A DNA stretch of 21,412 nt from a virus (lineage: Duplodnaviria; Heunggongvirae; Uroviricota; Caudoviricetes), in IMG/VR virus record IMGVR_UViG_2740892117_000010, positions 1 through 21,412 of that record, one strand, 5' to 3'. Below, one piece after another: positions 8,711 through 16,679 of the stretch; positions within the stretch are counted from its first letter, which is position 1, and each line of letters opens with the position of its first letter. A program made the position numbers and the translations under genes. The notes beneath the pieces are model-generated. The model made no database searches. It was given only the letters and a program-made list of their open reading frames with translations, and was not told the DNA's origin.

Positions 8711-9360
8711 GCCGCCATCTCCCTGACCAGTTTTTCCGCCTGCTGGCGAACCTGCACCAGAAAGGCTTCACCACATGCCTCAAGTTCATCGCGCCCGATG
8801 TAGCTGATTGCCGGTCCCTTCCAGGTCTTGTCGAAAACAGCAATAGCACCAGCGAAGAAAGCGCCTGTCGGCACCTGCTTCTCATCCTTCGGGATAAACC
8901 AGGCAGGCAGTTCAAAACCAATACGCCCGCGAATAAAAGCAATATGGTCCGCATCTTCCGGCCACCACACTTCGCTGGTGGCAGCTTTGATCAGGAAAAC
9001 ATAGCGCCCGCCCTTATCACGCATGGCACTGGCATGTTTCATGATGTAACGCATGCCGGTGATGTATTGTCCCTCATGCTGACTGGCGCGGCTGTATGGG
9101 GGATTACCAAAGGCAGCACCTTTAAGCTCCGCAAGACGTTCTGACCAGTCATGCGCCAGCGCGTTATCTTCCGCCGTGTAATACGCGGCACATTTGGCGT
9201 TATCACCGTCAGTAAACAGATCCAGAACAAACGGGCCAAACAGGGTGTTAATTCCCCAGAAAATGTTGTCCGGCGTGCGCCACTGATCGCCCACTTCCTT
9301 CAGTTCATGGGCTGGTTTGTTCCGCAGTTCCACCAGCGCCTGGCAATATTTATTACTCAT
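8707..9360 (-). CDS. Phage Dam-like N6-adenine DNA methyltransferase, orphan
   Basis: Contains GNPPYS motif; ATG at 9360 overlaps the upstream stop (TAATG). The ORF-track start at 9393 is a likely extension. Confidence 0.8.
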   Translation of the reverse strand: MSNKYCQALVELRNKPAHELKEVGDQWRTPDNIFWGINTLFGPFVLDLFTDGDNAKCAAYYTAEDNALAHDWSERLAELKGAAFGNPPYSRASQHEGQYITGMRYIMKHASAMRDKGGRYVFLIKAATSEVWWPEDADHIAFIRGRIGFELPAWFIPKDEKQVPTGAFFAGAIAVFDKTWKGPAISYIGRDELEACGEAFLVQVRQQAEKLVREMAA

Positions 9361-9854
9361 TAAGCCCCCACGTAATTCCCTGACAGATACCACTCTTCAC
9401 CCGATGCAGCGCGCTTGCTGCTTTTCCGTAAACACCGCTCACGACGCGCAAGAAAATTGTTTCGCTCTTGCTGGGAGTGGCTTTCACGGAATGCCGCCAT
9501 CCACACCGTTGCAGCACGACGGTATAAGCCCCTGGACTCCAGTTCTTCCGCCTGGCGGGTCAGGCATAAAATCACCCGGGGATCGTTAGTGCCGACATAG
9601 AAATTGCGCACAGATCTGGTTTCTCGAACTGGTTGTGGTTCCGGTTCCTGCGCTCTCTCAGTCAGGCGCGGAAAATGTCTGCGTGTATCTCCTTCACAAC
9701 GGTGAGCCACACGCCCACTCTGACGTAACTTGCTTGCAGACTGCAGAACGCGCTGCCGTGAGTAACCTGCAAAAGCATCCGCAATGTCTCCGGAAGTACA
9801 CCCCGGATGGGCTTCAATGAATTTCTGAACGTCATTCAAAAGACTCATGATCAC
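9360..9854 (-). CDS. PerC-like transcriptional regulator (putative)
   Basis: C-terminal GLYRRAATVWMAAF resembles the PerC-family motif; N-terminal half looks wHTH-like; start overlaps the O stop (ATGA). Confidence 0.5.
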   Translation of the reverse strand: MIMSLLNDVQKFIEAHPGCTSGDIADAFAGYSRQRVLQSASKLRQSGRVAHRCEGDTRRHFPRLTERAQEPEPQPVRETRSVRNFYVGTNDPRVILCLTRQAEELESRGLYRRAATVWMAAFRESHSQQERNNFLARRERCLRKSSKRAASGEEWYLSGNYVGA

Positions 9855-10792
9855 CCCCTGAATCCTGCCGGGATCTGGCTGTAGTCCACGTTGTCGTAAC
9901 TGGATTTGAAGTACGGGTCTTCGCGTTTTTCGGTGTACGTGCTGACGGACGGCGATAAGCGCAGGGAAAGCTCATCCCATTTTTCCCGCAACTTCGACGG
10001 GCTGAGCACGTTACGGCACCAGAACGGATCGCGGCTGACGCGGCTGTACATCTCGCAGATTTGTTTGTGAGTACGACCATCCTGCACACACATCAGGCGA
10101 ATTTCGTTTGCCCAGGCTGTCCAGTTCGGTTCTTTGGGACGAACCACCTCGCCGTCACATTCGGCGGCTTGCTCGTACAGGGCGATGATTTTTTTCCAGA
10201 GCCACTGTGCGCAGGTCAAATCATCCTGCGTTCCCCACTGGCGCTTTTTAGGGCTGAATACAACCGCATCAGGATGGCGAGTTAAAAAATCCTGTTCATC
10301 CGTCTGCGTGTCCGGTTGCGAAGCGTCCGGACGAGAAGGTTTTTTATCTGACGGATCATGTTTTGATTTTACTGACGGATCCCCGCCAGATTCTGACGGG
10401 TGAAAACCCGCTTTTTTGCCAGATTTCGACGCATCAAATTTTGACGGGTCAGATTTTGATGCGTCAGATTTTGACTGGTCAGAATCTGACAGTTGAGAAA
10501 ATGCCGCTGCCTGAAGCTTCGCAACGTTAAGCTGATAAACATTCGACGCATTGCGGTTACCCTGGCGACGCGCCTTACGCGTTAACCAGCCTTCTGCTTC
10601 CAGCCGTGCGATAGCCGTTCTGACGGTACTCATCCCCGCGCCAATCTGACGGGCAATGGTTTCAATTGATGGCCAGCACACACCTTCGTCATTACTGAAA
10701 TCAGCCAGGCGGGCCATAATTGCCACGCTGGATAATTTCATGCCTGATGCAGCGCAACCATCCCATACATAGCCGGTTAATTTAGTGCTCAT
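9851..10792 (-). CDS. Replication initiator, O-like (N-terminal HTH, Ser/Lys/Asp-rich linker encoded by ori iterons)
   Basis: N-terminal wHTH typical of phage replication initiators; ATG at 10792 with GAGG Shine-Dalgarno; iterons within the coding sequence as in lambda O. Confidence 0.8.
   Translation of the reverse strand: MSTKLTGYVWDGCAASGMKLSSVAIMARLADFSNDEGVCWPSIETIARQIGAGMSTVRTAIARLEAEGWLTRKARRQGNRNASNVYQLNVAKLQAAAFSQLSDSDQSKSDASKSDPSKFDASKSGKKAGFHPSESGGDPSVKSKHDPSDKKPSRPDASQPDTQTDEQDFLTRHPDAVVFSPKKRQWGTQDDLTCAQWLWKKIIALYEQAAECDGEVVRPKEPNWTAWANEIRLMCVQDGRTHKQICEMYSRVSRDPFWCRNVLSPSKLREKWDELSLRLSPSVSTYTEKREDPYFKSSYDNVDYSQIPAGFRG
10350..10495. repeat. Origin iterons (about 7 copies of a 12-bp unit, tCAGATTTTGAC-like) inside the O-like gene
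   Basis: Direct repeats ccagattctgac, ccagatttcgac, tcaaattttgac, tcagattttgat, tcagattttgac, tcagaatctgac at roughly 15-bp spacing. Confidence 0.8.
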
Positions 10793-10801
10793 GACCGACC
10801 T

Positions 10802-11140
10802 CTACTTCCCTGAATTTACGACGAAACTGTTCGAGCGGGCTGAAGCACTCATGCTCATAGCCTTCGCGGAGGTAGATAACCCGTTGTGTTTCCGGCTCCC
10901 AACGAATGACTCTGACGGGCACTCCGTAGTGATCTTTGAACCAGCGGTTAACTTGTCGCAAAGGACTGTCTCCTTCTGCCGGTTGAAATCACCCACAGCC
11001 CACTCTGCAAAGCTGTGGGTTACAATTTCCCTGTCACCTGGTACATTTACTGCATAGCAATACTCCACCTTCGCTTTTCCACCCGGTACAGGAAGTGCAA
11101 TCAGTTGCGAGCGACGGTAGTGTGTTGTTAAACTGTTCAT
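10802..11140 (-). CDS. Small hypothetical protein between the cII-position gene and O; frame uncertain in its 3' half
   Basis: ATG at 11140 overlaps the upstream stop (ATGA). The C-terminal half is Ser-rich and low-complexity, while an alternative frame over 10795-10990 reads protein-like ([52 protein letters not shown]). Confidence 0.35.
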   Translation of the reverse strand: MNSLTTHYRRSQLIALPVPGGKAKVEYCYAVNVPGDREIVTHSFAEWAVGDFNRQKETVLCDKLTAGSKITTECPSESFVGSRKHNGLSTSAKAMSMSASARSNSFVVNSGK

Positions 11141-11706
11141 GCGTTAGTTTCTCCACAACCAGAAGCAATCGACGCCACGACGCCCGGAGCTGCACACTCG
11201 CGGGCGTCATTACTTTCTGAAATGCAAAAAATTTTGTAGACAAGTGCTGCATGCTCCTGCAGCTTCGAAATTGAGAGATACAGCTCGTCGTTAATTGCTG
11301 TCTTCTCATGCGGTTCCACTACACCGTCTTCGATTGCTGAACGAATCTGTTTTGAATAACTGCCGATCTGTTCAATGACTTCCAGCAGACGCTGGTTAAT
11401 ATCGGCGTTGTCCACATCCTCGACGTCAGGAAGAGACACAAAGACGCCATTTGCAGACTGCGCCACAGCATCAGCAATGAAGTGAGTTCCACCAGCACGT
11501 TGCAAAATCATTGCCCATCCCAGCGGGAAAATCTGATCGCCATCAGCACGAAGGCGGTTAAATAATGCGTTCTCTGTTACATCCAGCCAGTCAGCTGCTT
11601 CAGCGTAACCACCCGGCAACTTTGCGATAGTTTTTCTGACAGCTTTCACGTACCACTCAGGCTGTTTTTCTACTTTCCAGTGATGCTTACCCACGGTTAG
11701 CCTCAT
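11137..11706 (-). CDS. Hypothetical early-operon protein at the cII position (start uncertain: 11706, 11748, 11760 or 11808)
   Basis: ORF immediately downstream of cro on the pR-side operon; no motif I can assign; a GTG with GAGG Shine-Dalgarno lies just after the first in-frame candidate. Confidence 0.5.
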   Translation of the reverse strand: MRLTVGKHHWKVEKQPEWYVKAVRKTIAKLPGGYAEAADWLDVTENALFNRLRADGDQIFPLGWAMILQRAGGTHFIADAVAQSANGVFVSLPDVEDVDNADINQRLLEVIEQIGSYSKQIRSAIEDGVVEPHEKTAINDELYLSISKLQEHAALVYKIFCISESNDARECAAPGVVASIASGCGETNA

Positions 11707-11731
11707 CGTTCTGTGGTTTCTGTTAATCGAT

Positions 11732-11932
11732 TTATCCATTAGATTTTTCATAAAGCTCAGGTTTAAATGGCAACCGTCCGCAAGTTCTATATGCAGCTTC
11801 TGCTGCACGTCCTTTTGGAATTAACTGGCCCGGACGGTTTCGCCACTGATAAACGGCTTCAGTTGTTATGCCGAAAAAAGCAGCAACTTTCTCAATACTG
11901 CCGAAGTAGCTTTCGATATCGTCAGTTGTCAT
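11732..11932 (-). CDS. cro: Cro-like HTH repressor
   Basis: 66-aa HTH protein divergently transcribed from cI; FFGITTEAVYQWRNRPGQLIP is HTH-like. Confidence 0.75.
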   Translation of the reverse strand: MTTDDIESYFGSIEKVAAFFGITTEAVYQWRNRPGQLIPKGRAAEAAYRTCGRLPFKPELYEKSNG

Positions 11933-12029
11933 ACGCCCTCCAAACTAAGTTTTATTAGATGCTAATTACAAATCTATCTTTGGTCAATAAAAACTAAGAT
12001 TACTTAGCAATTCAAGAAATGGTGCTCCT
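11933..12029. promoter_or_regulatory. Right operator region (pR / pRM with operator half-sites)
   Basis: Divergent cI-cro intergenic region with AACTAAG motifs at 11944 and 11992 and the inverted pair ACTAAGATTACTTAG. Confidence 0.55.
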
Positions 12030-12656
12030 ATGGAAACGGTTGGTCAGCGTATAAAAGCTCTGAGAAGAGTTACCAGAACGTCCCAGAAAGAATTGGGTAA
12101 ATTTTGTGGAGTAAGCGACGTTGCTGTGGGGTACTGGGAGAAAGACATCAATACCCCTGGTGGGGAGGCACTTTCGAAATTAGCGAAGTTCTTCAATACG
12201 TCAATAGATTACATTCTTTATGGTGCTGAGTTTGAAGGCAAACTCGTCACAAACATGCGCAGAGTTCCTGTAATATCGTGGGTTCAGGCTGGGCAGTTTA
12301 CTGAGTGCAGGGCAGCAGAAGTGTTTAGTGAAGTGGACAAGTGGGTAGATACATCATTAAAGATTGGTGATAACTCATTTGCATTAGAGGTTAAAGGTGA
12401 CTCCATGACTAACCCTAATGGCCTCCCAACAATACCAGAAGGCGCAACAGTGATTGTAGATCCAGATGCAGAACCTCGTCATGGAAAAATAGTCATCGCT
12501 CGACTTGATGGAACAAACGAAGCTACAGTAAAAAAATTAGTCATCGATGGCCCTCAAAAGTTTTTAGTGCCATTAAATCCTCGGTATCCCAACATCCCTA
12601 TCAATGGTAATTGCCTTATCATTGGTGTAGTCAAAGGAGTTCAATACGAACTCTAA
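12030..12656 (+). CDS. cI: CI-type prophage repressor (HTH-XRE N-terminal domain + LexA-like S24 peptidase domain)
   Basis: N-terminal HTH (QKELGKFCGVSDVAVGYWEKD); C-terminal S24 signatures (KGDSM serine motif, catalytic Lys region VKKLV). Confidence 0.9.
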   Translation: METVGQRIKALRRVTRTSQKELGKFCGVSDVAVGYWEKDINTPGGEALSKLAKFFNTSIDYILYGAEFEGKLVTNMRRVPVISWVQAGQFTECRAAEVFSEVDKWVDTSLKIGDNSFALEVKGDSMTNPNGLPTIPEGATVIVDPDAEPRHGKIVIARLDGTNEATVKKLVIDGPQKFLVPLNPRYPNIPINGNCLIIGVVKGVQYEL

Positions 12657-12840
12657 GACCTCTCTTCTCTAACTAAGGCACCGAACTAAGAAAAGTTTGG
12701 TGTTTTCTCTTGCCATAATAACTAAGTTAAGTTAGATTTTATGTCAAAGATAACGAACAGGCAGGACGCCCACGAAGTAGCCGCCGGTGGCGTATGAATG
12801 ACCGGATGATTCGTTAAATACTATGTGTAAGAGAGCGCAA
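12657..12840 (+). promoter_or_regulatory. Left operator / pL-like promoter region
   Basis: TTGCCA (12709-12714) - 17 nt - TAGATT (12732-12737); AACTAAG motifs at 12670, 12683 and 12719, matching those in the cI-cro intergenic region. Confidence 0.5.
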
Positions 12841-13043
12841 ATGAACCGTTATTTCACATGCTCGTTTTGTGGCGCAAACGAGCTGCAGGCAAAAAAATCA
12901 TCGCCAAAGGCGGAAAAGATGAAGTTGCTATCTGCTCTGAGTGCGTAGTCTTGTGTGTCGGAGCATTAATCAATATCAGCACAACTATTCAGTTCACACC
13001 AAATGAGAATGCGCCTTTAGATGCGCGGAAATCTGGAGGTTAA
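12841..13043 (+). CDS. ClpX-type C4 zinc-finger small protein, reading frame broken at an A7 run (12891-12897)
   Basis: Frame 1 from ATG 12841 gives MNRYFTCSFCGANELQAKK; frame 3 continues IIAKGGKDEVAICSECVVLCVGAL. Together they recreate the ClpX N-terminal zinc-binding motif (CSFCG ... ICxECVxLC). One extra A would give a single ~67-aa ORF. Confidence 0.6.
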
Positions 13044-13051
13044 AGAACAAA

Positions 13052-13327
13052 ATGAAAGTCCAGATTTTAAACAATAGTGGTGAAGTCGTTTGGTCATACG
13101 ACATAGCCGCTCCTGTAGATCAGAGCGGCGATAGCTGGACCAATGGGAAACATCAGATTATGGCTGGAGTTGTATTCTCTTTACACCGTGCTTTGGAACA
13201 GGCTGAAGTATTTCCATCAGACCCTGAATGGAAATGGCCTTTTTCTATTTGTCCAAATTCGGAGAGCACATTTCAGAAAATTGGTCAGAAAGTCGCACTC
13301 GAAGAGCATCAGCCAACTGTTTTCTGA
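13052..13327 (+). CDS. Hypothetical protein (91 aa)
   Basis: ATG at 13052 with GGAGG 13 nt upstream; 3' end overlaps a convergent ORF, so the C-terminus is uncertain. Confidence 0.45.
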   Translation: MKVQILNNSGEVVWSYDIAAPVDQSGDSWTNGKHQIMAGVVFSLHRALEQAEVFPSDPEWKWPFSICPNSESTFQKIGQKVALEEHQPTVF

Positions 13328-13490
13328 TTTTTTCAGGTAACTCGTCGGCATCGCAGAAACAACAACGCTCGATCATGTTGAAAGCCGATTCGTAGAACTG
13401 TTTCTGCTGAGTGTCGCTGAGACAGGAAAAGAGCGACGTTACGATGATTTTATTAATTGCATTATCAAGTTCTTTTTCATCAAAAGTCAT
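13245..13490 (-). CDS. Hypothetical protein (81 aa)
   Basis: ATG at 13490 with AAGGA Shine-Dalgarno; helical, charged composition; convergent with the 13052 ORF. Confidence 0.45.
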   Translation of the reverse strand: MTFDEKELDNAINKIIVTSLFSCLSDTQQKQFYESAFNMIERCCFCDADELPEKIRKQLADALRVRLSDQFSEMCSPNLDK

Positions 13491-13743
13491 TTGATTTTCC
13501 TTTTATGTATACGGGCTTAAAAGGATACCACCGAGCCTGAAGTGGTGAAAAGACAGGCACATAACAGCTAAGTATTTTCAACCAGAGAGAATCCTTAGCG
13601 TTGTGGTGAATGCGGCTCAGCGCACGCGGGTTAAGGTTGAGGCTGACAGTCGACCTTCTGTGGATACCCACCCGTCTGGTGTGCAACCTTCGCCAGGCAC
13701 CGGGAGGCACCCGGCACCACAACTTTATGCTGTGTGTAGTCCT

Positions 13744-13790
13744 GGCGGTACCAGTTTGTACCCTTGCTTCCGGCTGGTACCGCTCTTTTT
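13744..13790 (+). terminator. Strong intrinsic terminator (10-bp GC-rich stem + TCTTTTT) in the pL-side operon
   Basis: GGCGGTACCAG ... CTGGTACCGC followed by TCTTTTT. Confidence 0.65.
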
Positions 13791-13927
13791 ACAAAACAGA
13801 GAAGAGCATCACCGGACGACGGGCTCATAACCCAATCCATCCGGGCGGCTGCCACCGCAGGTGTTCTTCTCTGTTTTGTGGAGAAACCAACCGACCTTGC
13901 AGGGTCGATATGATGAGGAGCAGCAAA

Positions 13928-14290
13928 ATGGCTAGCGAACGCAGTACTGATGTGCAGGCATTTATCGGGGAGCTGGACGGCGGCGTATTTGAAACCAAAA
14001 TCGGCGCAGTTCTCAGTGAAGTCGCTTCCGGTGTGATGAACACGAAAACCAAAGGTAAGGTCTCGCTCAACCTGGAAATCGAACCGTTTGATGAGAACCG
14101 TGTGAAAATAAAACATAAACTCTCATATGTTCGCCCGACTAACCGCGGGAAAATTTCCGAAGAAGACACCACCGAAACACCGATGTATGTCAATCGCGGT
14201 GGTCGCCTGACTATTCTGCAGGAAGACCAGGGACAATTACTGACTCTTGCCGGTGAACCTGACGGAAAACTCCGCGCAGCAGGTCATTAA
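13928..14290 (+). CDS. yfdP: YfdP-like protein (120 aa)
   Basis: ATG at 13928 with GAGGAG Shine-Dalgarno; length and position upstream of a YfdQ-like gene match the CPS-53 yfdPQRST module as remembered. The ORF-track N-terminal extension reads as junk. Confidence 0.65.
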   Translation: MASERSTDVQAFIGELDGGVFETKIGAVLSEVASGVMNTKTKGKVSLNLEIEPFDENRVKIKHKLSYVRPTNRGKISEEDTTETPMYVNRGGRLTILQEDQGQLLTLAGEPDGKLRAAGH

Positions 14291-14354
14291 TATCGTTTTT
14301 AATTAACTGATTATTTATCTCATCACTGAATATTTTATATAGTGAGGACTGATT

Positions 14355-15179
14355 ATGTCTCAGAACTTAGACGCAACCGCAATTAATCAAATCCATGCCC
14401 TTATTTCTGCTCAGGGTGTTAATGAAATTATCAGTAAGATTGGTGCCGATGCTGTGGCATTGCCTGAGAATTTCCGCATTCATGATCTGGAAAAATTTAA
14501 TTTAAATCGCTTCCGTTTCCGTGGTGCGCTTTCCACTGCCAGCATCGATGACTTTACCCGTTATTCTAAAGATCTTGCAGATGAAGGCACCCGCTGCTTT
14601 ATCGATGCTGATAATATGCGTGCCGTCAGTGTGCTTAACCTGGGTACTATTGATGAACCAGGTCACGCAGATAACACCGCCACTCTCAAACTGAAAAAGA
14701 CAGCACCGTTCTCTGCCCTGTTGTCTGTTAACGGCGAGCGTAACTCCCAGAAGTCACTGGCAGAATGGATTGAAGACTGGGCCGACTACCTTGTGGGCTT
14801 TGATGCTAATGGTGACGCCATTCAGGCAACCAAAGCTGCTGCGGCGATCCGTAAAATCACAATTGAAGCGAACCAGACCGCTGATTTTGAAGATAATGAC
14901 TTCAGCGGCAAACGCTCCCTGATGGAGTCTGTCGAAGCGAAGACCAAAGACATTATGCCTGTGGCATTTGAATTTAAATGCGTTCCGTTTGAAGGTCTGA
15001 AAGAACGTCCGTTTAAATTACGCCTCAGCATTATCACTGGCGATCGTCCTGTACTGGTTCTGCGCATTATTCAGCTGGAAGCGGTGCAGGAAGAAATGGC
15101 TAACGAATTTCGTGATCTGCTTGTTGAGAAATTCAAAGACAGCAAAGTAGAAACCTTTATTGGTACTTTCACCGCCTGA
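14355..15179 (+). CDS. yfdQ: YfdQ-like DUF2303 protein (274 aa)
   Basis: Length and synteny with the CPS-53 module; clean ORF with Shine-Dalgarno. Confidence 0.7.
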   Translation: MSQNLDATAINQIHALISAQGVNEIISKIGADAVALPENFRIHDLEKFNLNRFRFRGALSTASIDDFTRYSKDLADEGTRCFIDADNMRAVSVLNLGTIDEPGHADNTATLKLKKTAPFSALLSVNGERNSQKSLAEWIEDWADYLVGFDANGDAIQATKAAAAIRKITIEANQTADFEDNDFSGKRSLMESVEAKTKDIMPVAFEFKCVPFEGLKERPFKLRLSIITGDRPVLVLRIIQLEAVQEEMANEFRDLLVEKFKDSKVETFIGTFTA

Positions 15180-15306
15180 TTTCATTACTGCAAATGCCCC
15201 TGCGGGGGCATTTATGGAAACGTAATTAACTCAATAATCACCGGATGGTGAGGGCTTCCTTTTACCAGAATTCAGCGCGGTGCAGTGCATATACGTGGAG
15301 AATAAA

Positions 15307-15843
15307 ATGTCATTTATTAAAACTTTTTCCGGGAAGCATTTTTATTATGACAAGATAAATAAAGACGACATCGATATTAACGATATCGCGGTTTCCCTTT
15401 CAAATATCTGTCGCTTTGCCGGTCATCTTTCGCACTTCTACAGCGTCGCCCAACATGCGGTTCTTTGCAGCATGCTGGTGCCGCAGGAATTTGCTTTTGA
15501 AGCGTTAATGCATGATGCAACAGAAGCGTATTGCCAGGACATCCCGGCTCCACTGAAACGCCTTCTTCCTGACTATAAACGGATGGAAGAAAAAATAGAC
15601 GCCGTAATCCGTGAGAAATACGGGTTACCCCCGGTTATGAGCACGCCCGTGAAATATGCCGATCTCATCATGCTGGCAACCGAACGCCGCGATCTCGGGC
15701 TTGATGATGGCTCTTTCTGGCCTGTACTGGAAGGTATCCCGGCAACAGAGATGTTCAAAGTGATTCCACTGTCGCCAGGCCATGCCTATGGGATGTTTAT
15801 GGAACGTTTTAACGAGTTATCGGAGTTACGCAAATGCGCATGA
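15307..15843 (+). CDS. yfdR: YfdR-like HD-domain protein (178 aa; putative 5'-deoxynucleotidase)
   Basis: ATG at 15307 with GGAG Shine-Dalgarno; H..HD-like metal motif (ALMHDATEAY); length matches YfdR. Confidence 0.7.
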   Translation: MSFIKTFSGKHFYYDKINKDDIDINDIAVSLSNICRFAGHLSHFYSVAQHAVLCSMLVPQEFAFEALMHDATEAYCQDIPAPLKRLLPDYKRMEEKIDAVIREKYGLPPVMSTPVKYADLIMLATERRDLGLDDGSFWPVLEGIPATEMFKVIPLSPGHAYGMFMERFNELSELRKCA

Positions 15844-16196
15844 ATGTTTTCGAAATGGAAGGGTTTCTTCGCGGGAAATGTGTACCGCGAGATCTGAAAG
15901 TGAACGAAACAAATGCTGAGTACCTAGTACGTAAATTCGACGCGCTTGAAGCTAAATGTGCGGCACTGGAAAACAAAATAATACCAGTGTCAGCTGAACT
16001 GCCACCTGCAAATGAAAGTGTTCTGTTATTTGATGCTAACGGAGAAGGCTGGCTAATTGGCTGGCGTTCTCTCTGGTACACCTGGGGACAAAAAGAAACC
16101 GGAGAATGGCAGTGGACATTTCAGGTCGGGGACCTTGAAAACGTCAATATCACTCACTGGGCAGTAATGCCGAAAGCACCGGAGAATAAGAAATGA
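15834..16196 (+). CDS. yfdS: YfdS-like protein (120 aa)
   Basis: Overlaps the yfdR-like stop; length and synteny match YfdS. Confidence 0.65.
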   Translation: MRMNVFEMEGFLRGKCVPRDLKVNETNAEYLVRKFDALEAKCAALENKIIPVSAELPPANESVLLFDANGEGWLIGWRSLWYTWGQKETGEWQWTFQVGDLENVNITHWAVMPKAPENKK

Positions 16197-16408
16197 GCGT
16201 GATAAAAACTCATACAGGAATTGTTATTACCCGAAACGGTCCGCAGGTAAAAAAACTGCACCAGACAAAGCGGATGTGGGTCGTCGGAGAAAACGAGTTT
16301 TACCACAAAGAAACCGGACGCCGCCACTTTGCAGAAAATACGCGCCGCCGACTGCTCCTGGACAGCATCAGGCCAATTAAACAGGTAGCAACCAGAGAAC
16401 AAAATTAA
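16193..16408 (+). CDS. Small hypothetical protein (71 aa)
   Basis: ATGA overlap with the upstream gene; basic small protein. Confidence 0.5.
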   Translation: MSVIKTHTGIVITRNGPQVKKLHQTKRMWVVGENEFYHKETGRRHFAENTRRRLLLDSIRPIKQVATREQN

Positions 16409-16469
16409 TTATCAGGACTGAAATTTGATATTACTGCCCGTGTGCAGCGGGTTAAGTGGAGAAACAGCC

Positions 16470-16679
16470 ATGGCAAAACTAATGAAAGCGAGCCAATGGG
16501 GACGCCGTGAATTCTCTAATGGCTCAATTCCTGACAACCGAACGATAAAACGCTGGGTCGAGAACGGTCTGCTCATGGGGCGTATAGTGGACGGTTCTGT
16601 TTTTGTCTGCGAAACAGAAAAATGGGGAGTCGACTCAATGGTTAGTCAAGCTGTTCGCAAGTTAATAAATGAGGGATGA
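16470..16679 (+). CDS. xis: Excisionase (lambda Xis-like)
   Basis: About 69-aa basic protein with a TIKRWVENG...DGSVFVCE pattern like lambda Xis (RRWVRE...DGREYLF); stop overlaps the int start (ATGA). Confidence 0.7.
   Translation: MAKLMKASQWGRREFSNGSIPDNRTIKRWVENGLLMGRIVDGSVFVCETEKWGVDSMVSQAVRKLINEG

Noticed and set aside
8442-9144. 170-aa minus and 193-aa plus ORFs
   Set aside because: Alternative-frame or antisense ORFs inside the LexA-like and Dam genes; Arg-rich and without translation signals.
10350-10495. Possible CRISPR array (short direct repeats)
   Set aside because: Repeats are 12 bp, contiguous with degenerate spacing, and lie inside the replication-initiator gene; these are origin iterons. 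No CRISPR array is present in the window.
13610-13927. N-terminal 106 codons of the 226-aa ORF
   Set aside because: Arg/Cys/Trp-rich translation across the GC-rich structured region; the real gene most likely starts at ATG 13928 with a GAGGAG Shine-Dalgarno.
13831-14193. Minus-strand ORFs of 122-161 aa
   Set aside because: Antisense to the yfdP-like gene and the structured region; no translation signals.
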